This document shows positions 48,358 through 59,524 of a stretch of DNA of 64,000 nt, in pieces; the stretch's first letter is position 1; each line of letters begins with the position of its first letter. The notes under the pieces are model-generated. The model did not search any database. It was given only the letters and a program-made list of their open reading frames with translations, and was not told the DNA's origin. The stretch spans positions 1 through 64,000 of the forward strand of contig CATNEN010000005.1 in assembly GCA_950097015.1 (NCBI GenBank). Reading direction: 5' to 3'. The DNA comes from Macrostomum hystrix (taxonomy: Eukaryota; Animalia; Platyhelminthes). The translations under genes were made by a program, and so were the position numbers.

Positions 48358-49136
48358 GGATTCCATGCATTTCGGTGACAGGGCTTTTCGGTACAGTGCA
48401 TTTTGGTACCAGTCAGTGCTTTTCGGTACCACTGAATTATAGTAGTAGTTTTAGTGGTAGTAGTAGATATTTTGGCACAGGTAAACAACCTGCTAAGCCA
48501 AAATGATACACTAATATCGATTGATGCAATACTAGAAAAATGGAATGGTGCAAATGATAGTAGTGTCTCTAAAAATAAGCACAATAGGAACAAATAATGG
48601 GAGCTGATCACGGAACAAAATTAGCTATTCCGTGAACATATTAACATTCTGAAACATGATTTTGACATAAGGGATTTTTCATGACCAGCTACTATAAGTA
48701 GAAGTTCTGGCGAATGAAATATGATAAATCTAGAGTCCATGTGGACTGTTTTCTGTGTAGCGTACAACTTTGTGCAACTTTGTGCATGGACAATTGACAA
48801 TTTAAGGCATTGAGTGTCGTTACTAAACAGGAAAATCTTGTAACTGTATATGTACTGGAACGTTGCAGTACATTGTATTTCAGCAATGTCTTTTTGTTGT
48901 TCTTGTTAAAATATTAAAATATTGTCGTTAAAATATACCGTTAAAATATGTATTCACACGAATACAAACAGGGGAGCTAGTATAGTCTTTACTCTTTAAT
49001 GCTTGACTATTTAAGGCACCGTTCGAAAAGCAGGTACCGAAATGCACTGTACCGAAAATTTAGTCACCAAAAAAGCACTGACTGGTACCGAAATGCACTG
49101 TACTGAAAAGCCCTGTCACCGAAATGCCTGGCACCC
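48358..49136. mobile_element. MITE / non-autonomous DNA transposon (779 bp) with ~65-bp TIRs and 8-bp TSD
   Basis: Left end GGATTCCATGCATTTCGGTGACAGGGCTTTTCGGTACAGTGC... matches the reverse complement of the right end, GGGTGCCAGGCATTTCGGTGACAGGGCTTTTCAGTACAGTGC.... TTAGAATG is duplicated at 48350-48357 and 49137-49144. Confidence 0.85.
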
Positions 49137-51487
49137 TTAGAATGTTATGTATGTAATTGTTTTTCTTGAGCATAGGGTTCTTACAGACAAACAAGACTAG
49201 CTGCAAAGCTGAAATATACAATTATTATTGCCTTTGCTCATTACCTTAGACCTGAATTACTCTAGACTTGTTTAAACAACTATAAACAGATTTTTACCTT
49301 CAAGCTAGTTCCTGTTTTTACTTTGTCATACCAAATTTTTTAAGTATAATTGCAAAGCAAACTGCAACATTACCCAAAACTATAGTATGGCAAGGGCTAA
49401 CCCCATCTTCTATCATACAAAATAAGGGCTAAGACTAAGCTAAAGTAGCACTAACCACTACTTGCCTATTTATGATGGATTGCATGATAAGATCAGATAG
49501 ATTCAGTCAAATAATAAAAATTTCTAACATGTAAATGACGTTTTTACAAATAAGTAAAAGTACACGATAAAAACATGCTATACTATTCGCTGAAAATTGT
49601 GACACAAATGCTAGCTAAACTTATGGTGCTGTTAATACTTGCAGAGCGTAATAAAACACTTCCAAATAAAAACTGCACATTTAAAATCTTTTTGAAAGAC
49701 AAAATATAAAAAATTTAACATTTTAAGAGCAATTTCGTCTATTCGACTAAATGGACACTACATAGTTGGAATATCGACTCTGTGGTGGTGAAGTACAAAC
49801 ACAAACTCGTCTTTGTCAAGATGTAAAAGCGCTCAAAGCAAAACATAAAATTCAAACTCTCAAACAGCTGATTGCAAAAGTTGCGTTTATTATTAGTTTA
49901 TGAAATTAAATTTTATATTAAATTTTATTCAAGCTATACGAGCTGCCCTGCTTATATTGCGATTTTTCCTAAAAAAACTAACCGATTAGTTTGTTTTATT
50001 AAGTTGTCATCGCGATAATTTTGCGCGAAATTTTAAATTCATGCGTCGCCGAAATTGATCTAGTATATCGAAATAGGAACTACATGCTCATTTATGCCCA
50101 TCTAGTGATATGATTTTTTTGTAAGTAAAGTGGCACTTATAGTTATAAACCCTTACTAAAATGAAAAAAATCTTTTTCTTTCAAAACTGCAAGTAGTACC
50201 TGTTTTTAGTCAGATCGATTTCTTTTTACTATTATATCAGTGATAAGCGTACGTTGTACGAACTTTGAGCTAATATTCAGTTTTTTATACAGAATTTCAA
50301 ACGAGCAGAGATTACTGAATAAACTTTAAATATGGGGCTTTACCTTGGTGCTAGCACTTTTTTCTATATTTATCAAGCTATACAGAAAAATAAAAATTAG
50401 TTCGAGATAACCTTTGCTCCTCCCGGGTAGAATAAACTTGATAGGTCGCCTTAGTGAAATCTTTGAATTTTCATGCATACTTTCTTAGCGTTGTTTAGCT
50501 GCACTTTATATGAAAATTTTTTGTTGAAAAATATTTACTGAGTTTACACTTTTTGACAAGCGTAGCAATTTAGGTATGGAGAAGTAAGCGTCTAGTTACA
50601 GAGAAAATCAGTGGAGCTTTTGCGAGGCAGCAAATTATATATCATGTCATAAAAATACAGAGAAATTTATCTCTTAAATTTTTTGAGACTATTTGAGTCT
50701 CAGGGAGCAATATGGTTTAAGAAGAAGGTTAAAAGTACTCGTAAATTTCTGAAGACGCAAATAGTATGGCATGCATATCTAAGAGTACTGAGCAATTTAA
50801 TTAAGCTAATGTTACAAGCATAAAGTAGAGGCCAATCTTATGAACGTTTTAAGTCGCACATTAAAAATTTAGCTACAACAAAAATACCAAAGCAAGACAA
50901 TATTTGACAATTTCAAGGACTAAAAAGCAAGTTGAATTTGGAAGAACAAAGCGAATTCCAAATAAAAATAGCGCAGCTAATCTATAAAACATCGTTAGCA
51001 TCTTCTGTTGTTTAGTTCATCCTCTTTGTTGCTCAGTTGTCTCAAAATGTACACCGACATGCAGGTAAACTAAAATTATTAGTTCGATTATCAAAACTAC
51101 TAAAAAATGAAAATCCTTTTGAACTAGTAAATTTAGTCTTTCTTGGACTTTTTTGCACCAAAATCTATAAACATATTCACAAAAAAAAAATTTAATGTGG
51201 CAGGCAAAAGTGAAAAGTTATATATCTCTTTCTCTTTTTGCTATTATTTTTCATAGAACGACTGAAAAGCGAAACGAAACTTATTTAGAATTTGTCATAG
51301 ACGTTGCATCTTCTTAAGTATAGAATAATACCCCCTGATTTCGTTTCTTTGGCCTAGGAAAGGCTGAGGACGCGTTTCTTGGCCGAGGCGAAGCCGAGGC
51401 CCAGAAGCGCTGTTCGAAGCCGTTCCAAGGCCATAGACAACGATTTCAGGGGGGTATTATAGTATAAGTATCAGGGGGGTATTATAT

Positions 51488-51649
51488 ATATTTAATCCTA
51501 AAGCTTGGCCCGGCTCACGAGATTGCAAACCTAAAACTGTTTACAGCAACTGTGACCATAGACTATATGTTTAATTGGCCTAGGCCGATTAAATAATAAA
51601 TGCACAGAATTAATAGCCAATAGGCCGGGCCAAGCTGGGGATTAAATAT
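51488..51649. repeat. Short MITE-like element with 26-bp imperfect inverted ends
   Basis: ATATTTAATCCTAAAGCTTGGCCCGGC ... GCCGGGCCAAGCTGGGGATTAAATAT. Confidence 0.6.
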
Positions 51650-52148
51650 TCATTCTTTGTATCCATTTTTAGATTTTTATTTTATCTAAAATTATTTTGT
51701 TAGCCCTTACATAAAGGAACATCATTTATTTTACTACCTTTGCGCCTAAAAGGGTACTCTTTTGTTTTCCTATTTTGATACACAAATGAAACATAAGTCA
51801 ATTCAAATTCAAATTGGGCTAATGGTTCCTGATAGTTGCCGTGTAGAAATTGGTATGCTCGATTATAAACTATAATAATTCTAGGAGTGGACAACTGAAA
51901 CAGGATTATATGTGACGTGTGAATTTTGGGACTAAATGCACTTTAGACCTCCTCGATTTTCCGTTTGATTTTTCGCAGTTCAATAGTGACATGGGCCCCT
52001 GTCAGAAGAACTCACAACACTTGAGTAGACAGCTATGCCTCAGCCAAACTGTTTAAGCCTATCATAGTATTCGTAATCGTTAGGAATCATAAGAGATTGA
52101 TGAAGGAGACATCAAAGGAGAGGCGAAGGGAGACGCAACCAGCAGTGG

Positions 52149-52973
52149 TCACCGAAGGCCACTGAGACTGTACTCGCTCGGCCGCCGGCCGCTGCCACCG
52201 ATGCCAACTTCGCCTAGAGGCGGCGCGTAGGTCTTAAATATGGCGCTCAATTGTTCAAAGCTCGGCCGCTCAGCCGGGTTGGCCATCCAGCAGAGAAGCA
52301 TGAGGTCGTACAGATAGTCGTCACATTCTACACCGTCCAGACTTTTTGGATTATCCATTCGGTAGCCTTCGGATACCATCAGTATGATATCCTTATTAGG
52401 CAGGTGTTTGTACGGCAAGTCGCCCCTGGTGACAATTTCATAGAGCAGAACACCGAACGACCACACATCGGACTCGGTGGTGAATCGCTTGGTCTTGGCG
52501 GCTTCGGGGGCCGTCCAACGAACAGGAAACCGAATGCGACTCTCCACATCATCGCCGCCGTTCTCAGTGGCGCTAAGGCATTTGCTAAGGCCGAAGTCGC
52601 TTACTTTGACAGTGTTGTTGTCGCTAACCAGAATGTTGGCGGCACGTAGATCGCGATGAACCACACTATTTTGAGCCAGGTAGGTCATACCGTCAGCTAT
52701 CTGGTACATCATGTCGGTCATGTCGCTGAAGGTCACCTGGCGATGCTCCCGATCGCGCCTCAGATAGTTGCTTAGCGCTCCTAGGCGCATGTACTCCGTG
52801 ATGATGTAGAAAGGCTCCTCAAGTGTGCAAACTCCCAGCAGTTGCACAACTCGCGGATGATGCAGCCGATAATGCAGCTTCGCTTCGGCCAGGAATTCCT
52901 CCTTATTCATGCTCCCTGGCTTCATGGCCTTCACTGCGACAACCACCAGGCGGCCAAGGTAGGCTTGAAACAC
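52149..52973 (-). CDS. Src-like tyrosine kinase 1, exon 3 (kinase domain and tail)
   Basis: TCCAG|GTG acceptor in phase 0. Motifs VAVK, ITEYM, HRDLRAANILV (Src-family signature), DFG, FPVRWTAPE and SDVWSFG; stop at 52149. Confidence 0.95.
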   Translation of the reverse strand: MFQAYLGRLVVVAVKAMKPGSMNKEEFLAEAKLHYRLHHPRVVQLLGVCTLEEPFYIITEYMRLGALSNYLRRDREHRQVTFSDMTDMMYQIADGMTYLAQNSVVHRDLRAANILVSDNNTVKVSDFGLSKCLSATENGGDDVESRIRFPVRWTAPEAAKTKRFTTESDVWSFGVLLYEIVTRGDLPYKHLPNKDIILMVSEGYRMDNPKSLDGVECDDYLYDLMLLCWMANPAERPSFEQLSAIFKTYAPPLGEVGIGGSGRRPSEYSLSGLR

Positions 52974-53774
52974 CTGGACAGGAGAGATAAGCGAATAGAT
53001 TAGGCGCTAATCAAGCCTGTCATAAAAATAAAACAATAAGCAATTATGACACCTAATTAAATTGGAAACATTGGGCCATCCTGTATAATCTTTAGTTATT
53101 TAATTTTAAAGCATAGTAAATTTTCTGCGATCAACGAGGTGAAAATTAGGGCATTAAAAATCTAGCCAATTAATGACCGGCCAGAAAGGTGCGAACTGAA
53201 GAGGAAGATATAAAAAATGAAATAGCGAGATAAATTCACTTCAATTCAAGTGAAATGAGGCCTTGTTGGTGACCTTAATTTAGTCCCTATGTTGGAGGAA
53301 TGCGTGCCACACAGATCAATTAGAGGAGAGAGACTGAAAAGTAACTGCTGAACCTGGCCCCCCTGTAAGCAATTAGGCAAGTTAAAATTAGTTTAATTGG
53401 CAATCTCGTCTCTCTGCTGATATAAATCTATACCTTTATATGCATGCCAAAATTTTACTGCTTTAGCAAGTGGACTACGTACATAGTGACCTGATCACCC
53501 AAATTTTCAAGGACTCTAGAAGGACACACAGGGCGGCACACAGGTGAAACGGAGAGGGAGAGACAGAAGGGTATCATAAATATTTGATTGCAAGTTGGTC
53601 TCGTCTCGTGTGTCCTTACCCAATAAGCCAATGTTATAAGCAAGCCAGATATTGACACTGTTAAAGCTTGTGACTTACGAGTAGCAGCAGAAAGCCTCCT
53701 TAAAATCGTAAAAGCCTGAACCCAGCGTAAACAGAGTCTTGCACTAAAATAACCCTTTGGAAAGGATTCTTCAG

Positions 53775-54530
53775 CAGTGTTGGGCGCGTTAGTCGTTACT
53801 ATAGTTACCAATTTGGTAACGATCGTTACTTTTTTCCAATGTTACTTTTTTTCGCGTTACCACGGGCTGGTAACGAAAATGATAACGAGTCGTTACCAAC
53901 AGTGTGCAATTCCCGTTACCTGTTTTCGTTAACAGTTTCCGAAAAAAATTATAATACATTAGCAGCCCTGTAAATTATTTCTTTTGTTGCATTAAAAACG
54001 TTTTGAATTGTATTTTTTCGAATTACTAGTACTTATTTTTTTACATTGATTTTACATTTTCAATTCATTTTGATTAGAAATTTTTTGTTTTTGTTGCAAA
54101 CTCCAAATTTCGCGAAATATTGATTGCTCAATCCATAGACTGACTACAGTCAGTTACTTTACTCTGAGGATTAATCATCATTAATCATCAATATTATCAA
54201 TCTAATCTAAAATCTTCATGTGATCTCATGGCAACTAAACCCAAGCGAAATGGTCAAGATCAGTGAGATAATTATAACGGAGTCTAAAAAAGTGGACGAT
54301 GTTAAAGACAACAGCACATTATATGAGTAATGACCGATAAACAAAGTTACACATATTTATAACATGCTTGTGTAAAAAAATAGCAGATTTATGGCAAAAG
54401 TGTAAAAACAGAAAGTAACTATTAAAAGTAACGACCGCTACTATTTTTAGTATTTTTTCGTCACCCAATTACTCCGTTATTAAATGATTACCGCTATCGC
54501 ATTTACTTTTTTGGTATCGCCTCTAAAACA
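53775..54530 (+). mobile_element. Possible hAT-like non-autonomous element remnant
   Basis: Begins CAGTGTTGGG and has clustered CGTTAC/GTAAC subterminal motifs at both ends; no matching right TIR was found. Confidence 0.35.
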
Positions 54531-54574
54531 TATTAATTGTTTTACTTTTGGTTATCTGCAAAATTTCTTGCTTG

Positions 54575-54670
54575 AATCTCGTTTGAATCTCGGCTAAACC
54601 AGAACTGGGGGATAATCGTCAACTGGGGGATCATGGTAAACTGGGGGATCATTGTCAACTGGAGGATCAT
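54575..54670 (+). repeat. Isolated fragment of the Helitron 23-bp/18-bp array junction
   Basis: GGCTAAACCAGAACTGGGGGATAATCGTCAACTGGGGGATCATGGTAAACTG matches about 12468-12520. Confidence 0.85.
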
Positions 54671-54826
54671 CGACTTTGTGCATTGGTAAGGCCCTCTTAA
54701 AGCAATGATAAGTTTCAAAGAAAGAGAATATTTATTACAAAATGAAAATAAGTAACGAGGCTTCCCACTTTTCTTTGAAACAAGGATGGAATCCAAATGT
54801 GTAAAATGAAGCTATCTTCGTTACAT

Positions 54827-55194
54827 AATAGGAGTAGTAAAAAGTGCAGGAGAACTGCGGGCAATGGCACATCATTTGGTGACACTAGACCCGCAGCCAG
54901 CGAGGAGGCAATTCTGCCCATTTCGCTGACTCCTGAGCCCACATGCACACAGATACCGTACACAGGCACACACTTACACGGGTGTGTACATCTGCCCTGA
55001 ATTTCTCATCGTCAGGCAGTGTACACTCTCACTGTGCCTTGGATGTTGGCCCTCAAGGGCGTAAATTGCAGGACAAGCCCTCAAAGCCTTCTCTCCGCGG
55101 CTGCGCCCCAAATGAATGTGGCCTCGCCGTGGAATCGAACTTAAGGACCGTGGTACGAGAGGCAAACGCGTTAACCGCTCTGCCACCGACCCCC
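54827..55194 (-). mobile_element. tRNA-derived SINE (family A), full length
   Basis: A-box GGTGGCAGAGCGG (55175-55187) and B-box GTTCGATTC (55132-55140) on the - strand. High similarity to 61717-62079. Degenerate TSD (11/14 matches; 54813-54826 vs 55197-55210). Confidence 0.85.
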
Positions 55195-55643
55195 TGTATC
55201 TTCAATACGTATTTTCTATTTTAAATGTTATCTGATATAATACGTACGTTAATGAAGTCAACACTTCAACGTTTTTAGTACACTAAATAAAGACTTGTTT
55301 CTTTAGCAGTGACATTATACATACGCTCGTAAAATCTTAGCATTTCTGACAGGTTCTAAAGTGCCTAGTAATAGATACTTGAGGGCAAGGCGGAATTTTA
55401 AAGTTCCCATTTTAACACAGCTTGCTAGCTGTACTTAGAATATATCACTACACTTTATCAGTCAGAACATCCGCACTTCTGCATCTGTGGAACCTTGTTT
55501 ACAATTTTTATCGACGAAACTATTCTACAATTTCATGCGAAATCTTAAGTGCATTCAATAAACTCGAGAATTAGCAGTAAAACCGCAACAACCTACTGTC
55601 CCATCTAACACCCACTTTCCATAGTCTTATATTTTGCATGCCA

Positions 55644-56067
55644 CATCTCTCCCGTGTCTCATCTCTCCCGTGTCTCATCTCTCCCGTGTCTCATCTCTCC
55701 CGTGTCTCATCTTCTCCCGTGTCCCATCTTTCCTGTGTCTCATCCCTCCCGTGTCTCATCTCTCCCGTGTCTCATCTCTCCCGTGTCTCATCTCTCCCGT
55801 GTCTCATCTCTCCCGTGTCTCATCTCTCCCGTGTCTCATCTCTCCCGTGTCTCATATCTCCCGTGTCTCATCTTCTCCCGTGTCTCATCTCTCCCGTGTC
55901 TCATCTTCTCCCGTGTCTCATCTTCTCCCGTGTCTCATCTCTCCCGTGTCTCATCTCTCCCGTGTCTCATCTCTCCCGTGTCTCATCTCTCCCGTGTCCC
56001 ATCTCTCCCGTGTCTCATCTCTCCCGTGTCTCATCTCTCCCGTGTCTCATCTCTCCCGTGTCTCATC
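55644..56067 (-). repeat. 16-bp minisatellite (same family as SERCA intron 2, inverted orientation) in kinase-1 intron 2
   Basis: Reads TCTCATCTCTCCCGTG on the + strand. Confidence 0.95.
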
Positions 56068-56185
56068 TATTAAGGCCCGCTGTCGTCTCTCGGATTCCGT
56101 CTTTGGTTGTTGGAGCGATAAGTTTGGCGTGCTTTAAACTATAGTGACAGTCAGAGCCAGCTGTATAAAAAGGCAGCAGACTCAC

Positions 56186-56454
56186 CTCCCCGAACGAGCC
56201 GTGGCCCAGCGCTTGCAGCAAAGTGAGCGACTGTCGGTTGACTTCGAAGTCGCGCAGTTGACAAGGCGGCATCCAACGCCTGGGACAGGGCTCGCTTAGA
56301 CTACAGCAGAGACCGTCAGGTTGGCGACGATAATGCTCGAGGAGCTCCATCACTGAAGCGAAGCAGGCTCTGGGGTCGACGAAGTAGCCGTCCTTGCCTT
56401 CGCGAACCATGTAGTGCTTGACTAGGATTCGGCGGGCCTGAACTGGGCCTGAAT
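56186..56454 (-). CDS. Src-like tyrosine kinase 1, exon 2 (SH2 C-terminal half, linker, GHGSFGE)
   Basis: TCCCAG| acceptor in phase 1 and GAG|GTGAGT donor in phase 0. Translates VKHYMV...ELLEHY...PCPR...GHGSFGE. Confidence 0.9.
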
Positions 56455-56562
56455 CTGGGAATGGCGTTTAAAAGAATTCAGCGCATTTCAAGACATAACA
56501 GCAATTGGATTGCGCTGGAATATTACTCAGAAAAAGTTAATGTATTGAATCTTATGGACAAG

Positions 56563-56825
56563 CACGGGAGAGATGAGACACGGGAGAGATGAGACACGGG
56601 AGAGATGAGACACGGGAGAGATGAGACACGGGAGAGATGAGACACGGGAGAGATGAGACACGGGAGAGATGAGACACGGGAGAAATGAGACACGGGAGAG
56701 ATGAGACACGGGAGAGATGAGACACGGGAGAGATGAGACATGGGAGAGATGAGACACTGGAGAGATGAGACACGGGGGAGATGGGACACGGGAGAGAGGA
56801 GACACTGGGTAGATGAGACAGGGGG
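56563..56825 (+). repeat. 16-bp minisatellite (GAGATGAGACACGGGA) in kinase-1 intron 1
   Basis: 16-bp period. Confidence 0.95.
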
Positions 56826-56885
56826 AAGATGTCCCTGGGTATCGATTGCTCAGATTCAACAACACAAGGAAGGCAATTCACTCAC

Positions 56886-57654
56886 CTCCAGCACCACTGT
56901 CTCTGCCACTGTCATTCCCATTGACTGTCTCGCTGGCTTTGGCGTCGGGTGCAGCCTGGGCGCCCGGTGGAAGCTCTTCGTTTCGAACACTGAGGGTAAT
57001 CCTGGCCTGGCCCTGGGCCTGGTGGCACGGCCGCAGCATGTAGGTGCCTCTGGACAGGCCTGGCAGCATGAGATTCCGTTCAGCCTCACGCCGGTCCAAA
57101 TCGAACCAGCACTCGAGCGAGCTCGGACTACCGTCCAGCACCTGCACATAGTTGTGGGGCACGTAGCCGGCCTGATTGGTTCGCAGATTCCTGGCCAGCA
57201 GCCAGGCGGCGTCTGTGGAATCCAGCAGCTGCAGAATGTCACCCTTGCGAAACGACATATCGCCTTCCACTTGAGCTTCGAATGAGAACAGAGCGCGTAG
57301 CTTCTCGGAGCCTGCGGCCGCCTCTGCGGAGGCTATCGAGGTGGAAGACGACGGAGGCTGCTGCTGCTGCGGCTGCTGTTGCTGCTTCTGAGTCAACTGA
57401 GTGGGTGTTGAAATCAGCGCTAATTGACCATGCGGCGCGGAAGCGGAAGGATGCAACTGCCTACGCTGGTCGGTCAGGGACACTGATGAATTCGTCTGAC
57501 CCACAAGATCGATACGGCCGCCGACTATGTGTTCGATGAAGACTGACGCCTGCTGCTGCTGCTGCTGCTGCTGAGGCAACGGTTCCGAAAGTCGTCGCTC
57601 AAAGCCGCCAGATTTTTTCTTAGGCTTGCCGAGTTTCGAAGCATTTTTGCCCAT
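56886..57654 (-). CDS. Src-like tyrosine kinase 1, exon 1 (myristoylation motif, polyQ unique region, SH3, SH2 N-terminal half); full protein 620 aa
   Basis: MGKNASK start; SH3 ALFSF...GYVPHNYV; SH2 WFDLDRREAER...YMLRP; G|GTGAGT donor in phase 1. Confidence 0.9.
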
Positions 57655-58397
57655 TGCCCGCGGGAATAAACCTGTTTGCTGTTTGTTTCTGGCTCTTTAT
57701 GCTGTCTCGAAGGAAGTAGAACTAACAGTCTTAGTTGCTGCTGCTTTTAGAAGCAGAAGATTTGGCCTAGTGCGAAACAAGCTACTTTGTTCTTTACTTC
57801 TCCTTATTAACTAAATTGCTTCTGGCTGCTTGTGTAGAGAAGAAGAAAAAACACTGGAAAGCTGCACCAATAAGTATTACAGACCGTCACTCCGATTGTA
57901 GATAAAGTATTTCTCTTACCCTGCTGCACGCGCGCACAAGCAGCTAAATATCTATTCCGTACCTTTGTGCTATCGTTGCCTCATATTAAGCCATGAGCCT
58001 CAGGGCTAGGGCTAGCCATACGATTGTGAGAAGGTTGCAGTCGGGTCTTCTGTGAGGCGCGGGTTGGGCAGTTTCGTGCTGGTTTAGGGTCTGGTGTACT
58101 TCAACCATTTATTTGAATAGAAAAAGAGAGAGGGAGAGAAGGACAGGATTGAGGGTAGGGAAGAAAAATGATTGAACGTACTTTGCAATACCTTTTGGCA
58201 ATCTTAGATCTATGTTTCTATGTCCACTAACCCGTGTCTGACCGCCCCCACCCAATCTCCAGCTGTATAACAGGGGCTAGGCTTTTTGGTGCGGAGTCAA
58301 TGGAATATGCATTTTGCATGCCATGAAAAAAGACAGGTAATTTGGCAGAAAGTACACAAAGTGTAACTCTGCTTCTAAAAAGCCACTGCGAAATGAG

Positions 58398-58490
58398 ACG
58401 GAGAGAAGGCTTCGGGGATTTGTTGCGCAACTTTCGCCCCATGAGGGCCAACCCCCAAGGTTACAGCGGGAGCATTCACTGTCCGACCAC
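58398..58490 (+). mobile_element. Diverged fragment related to SINE family A body
   Basis: CGGAGAGAAGGCTT...GAGGGCCAAC..CAAGG aligns to the family A internal region. Confidence 0.5.
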
Positions 58491-59081
58491 GTGTAAGTCA
58501 GAGAATCTCTCGCAGACCCGCAGCCAGTGAAGCCCAGTTAATGTGCTGCAAACGCTAACAATGCGATTTTGAAGCGTGAACTAATATATTTAGTTATGAT
58601 GTGTTGCACCTTCTACAAACTTTAACAACGGCTGATTAACAATGTTTGCAGTCTGGAGTAAGCACGTAAAAATAAGAATGCATGGAATCTAAGCGATAAA
58701 GTATAAATTCATTTGATTTAATAGTCTAAATAACCAAGGACTCCATCAGAAGACATGCATCGATGGCTGTGCACTGAGCTGTTCTGTTCAACTGAAGAAA
58801 TAAGGAATTAAATGTCCTTCTTGGACTGGGATACGAACTCCCGACCTATGGGTCGAAATTCCGAAGCTCCAACCTCTAAAGTACACGCAGTGCAATTAAA
58901 GTTGTGAAAGTATTCATAAAAATTAGCGATCGCAGCTTTTTTTAATTAAAGAGATTAATATTGGAAAATGACGAAATATTGTCGCTTCGAAACAGCAAAG
59001 CAACTAACAGTCTTTATGTTTATGAAAAATAACTCAAATTAAGAACAATCCGGACTCCGTAAGACTTAATTCCTGACAAAT

Positions 59082-59259
59082 TCAACGCAGGTAGAGTGGC
59101 TCGTTTCTGTCCAATGTCTCAGCTCGTCTGAACACTGGCTGCTGCTCATAGCCCGCTCCCCCAGCCGAAGTAAAGTCTTCTAATAACTCTTTGAGGGCCA
59201 GAAAAGTTGGTCTTTGTTTTGGCGTCCTGTTCCAGCACATCAGCATGCACTCGTAGATT
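59082..59259 (-). CDS. Src-like tyrosine kinase 2, exon 4 (C-lobe end and tail, GAGYEQQP)
   Basis: CTGCAG| acceptor in phase 2. Translates RIYECMLMCW...RPTF; stop at 59082. Confidence 0.9.
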
Positions 59260-59384
59260 CTGCAGTGTGTCAAGAGTTCCTTCGATTTCTACTTACAGTA
59301 GAGTAGTTTGCACGTGTCCCTCATTATTAAAATGTATTGAAAAATATACAGTTTCCACATCCCAACATAAGCTCCAACGAACGG

Positions 59385-59495
59385 CGAGGCCACAATGGTA
59401 TTGGGGCGCAGCCGCGGAGAGAGCTTGGAGGGCCAGTCGTGAAATTTATGCCATTGAGAGTGCACATGGTCTGACGATGGAAAGTCAGGGCTCAG
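59385..59495 (+). mobile_element. Diverged, internally deleted SINE family A copy in kinase-2 intron 3
   Basis: GGCGAGGCCACA...GGGCGCAGCCGCGGAGAGA...TGACGATG..AGTCAGGGC aligns to family A. Confidence 0.6.
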
Positions 59496-59524
59496 GTGAA
59501 ATGAGTAGAGTTTTCGTCACTCAC

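Noticed and set aside
44100-51300. Scattered 60-90-aa ORFs in the AT-rich intergenic region
   Set aside because: Low-complexity composition, no motifs, random-length ORFs.
55100-55194. tRNA gene calls here, at 61990-62079, 42440-42530 and 58820-58880
   Set aside because: A and B boxes are present, but no complete cloverleaf or acceptor stem; they continue into SINE bodies.
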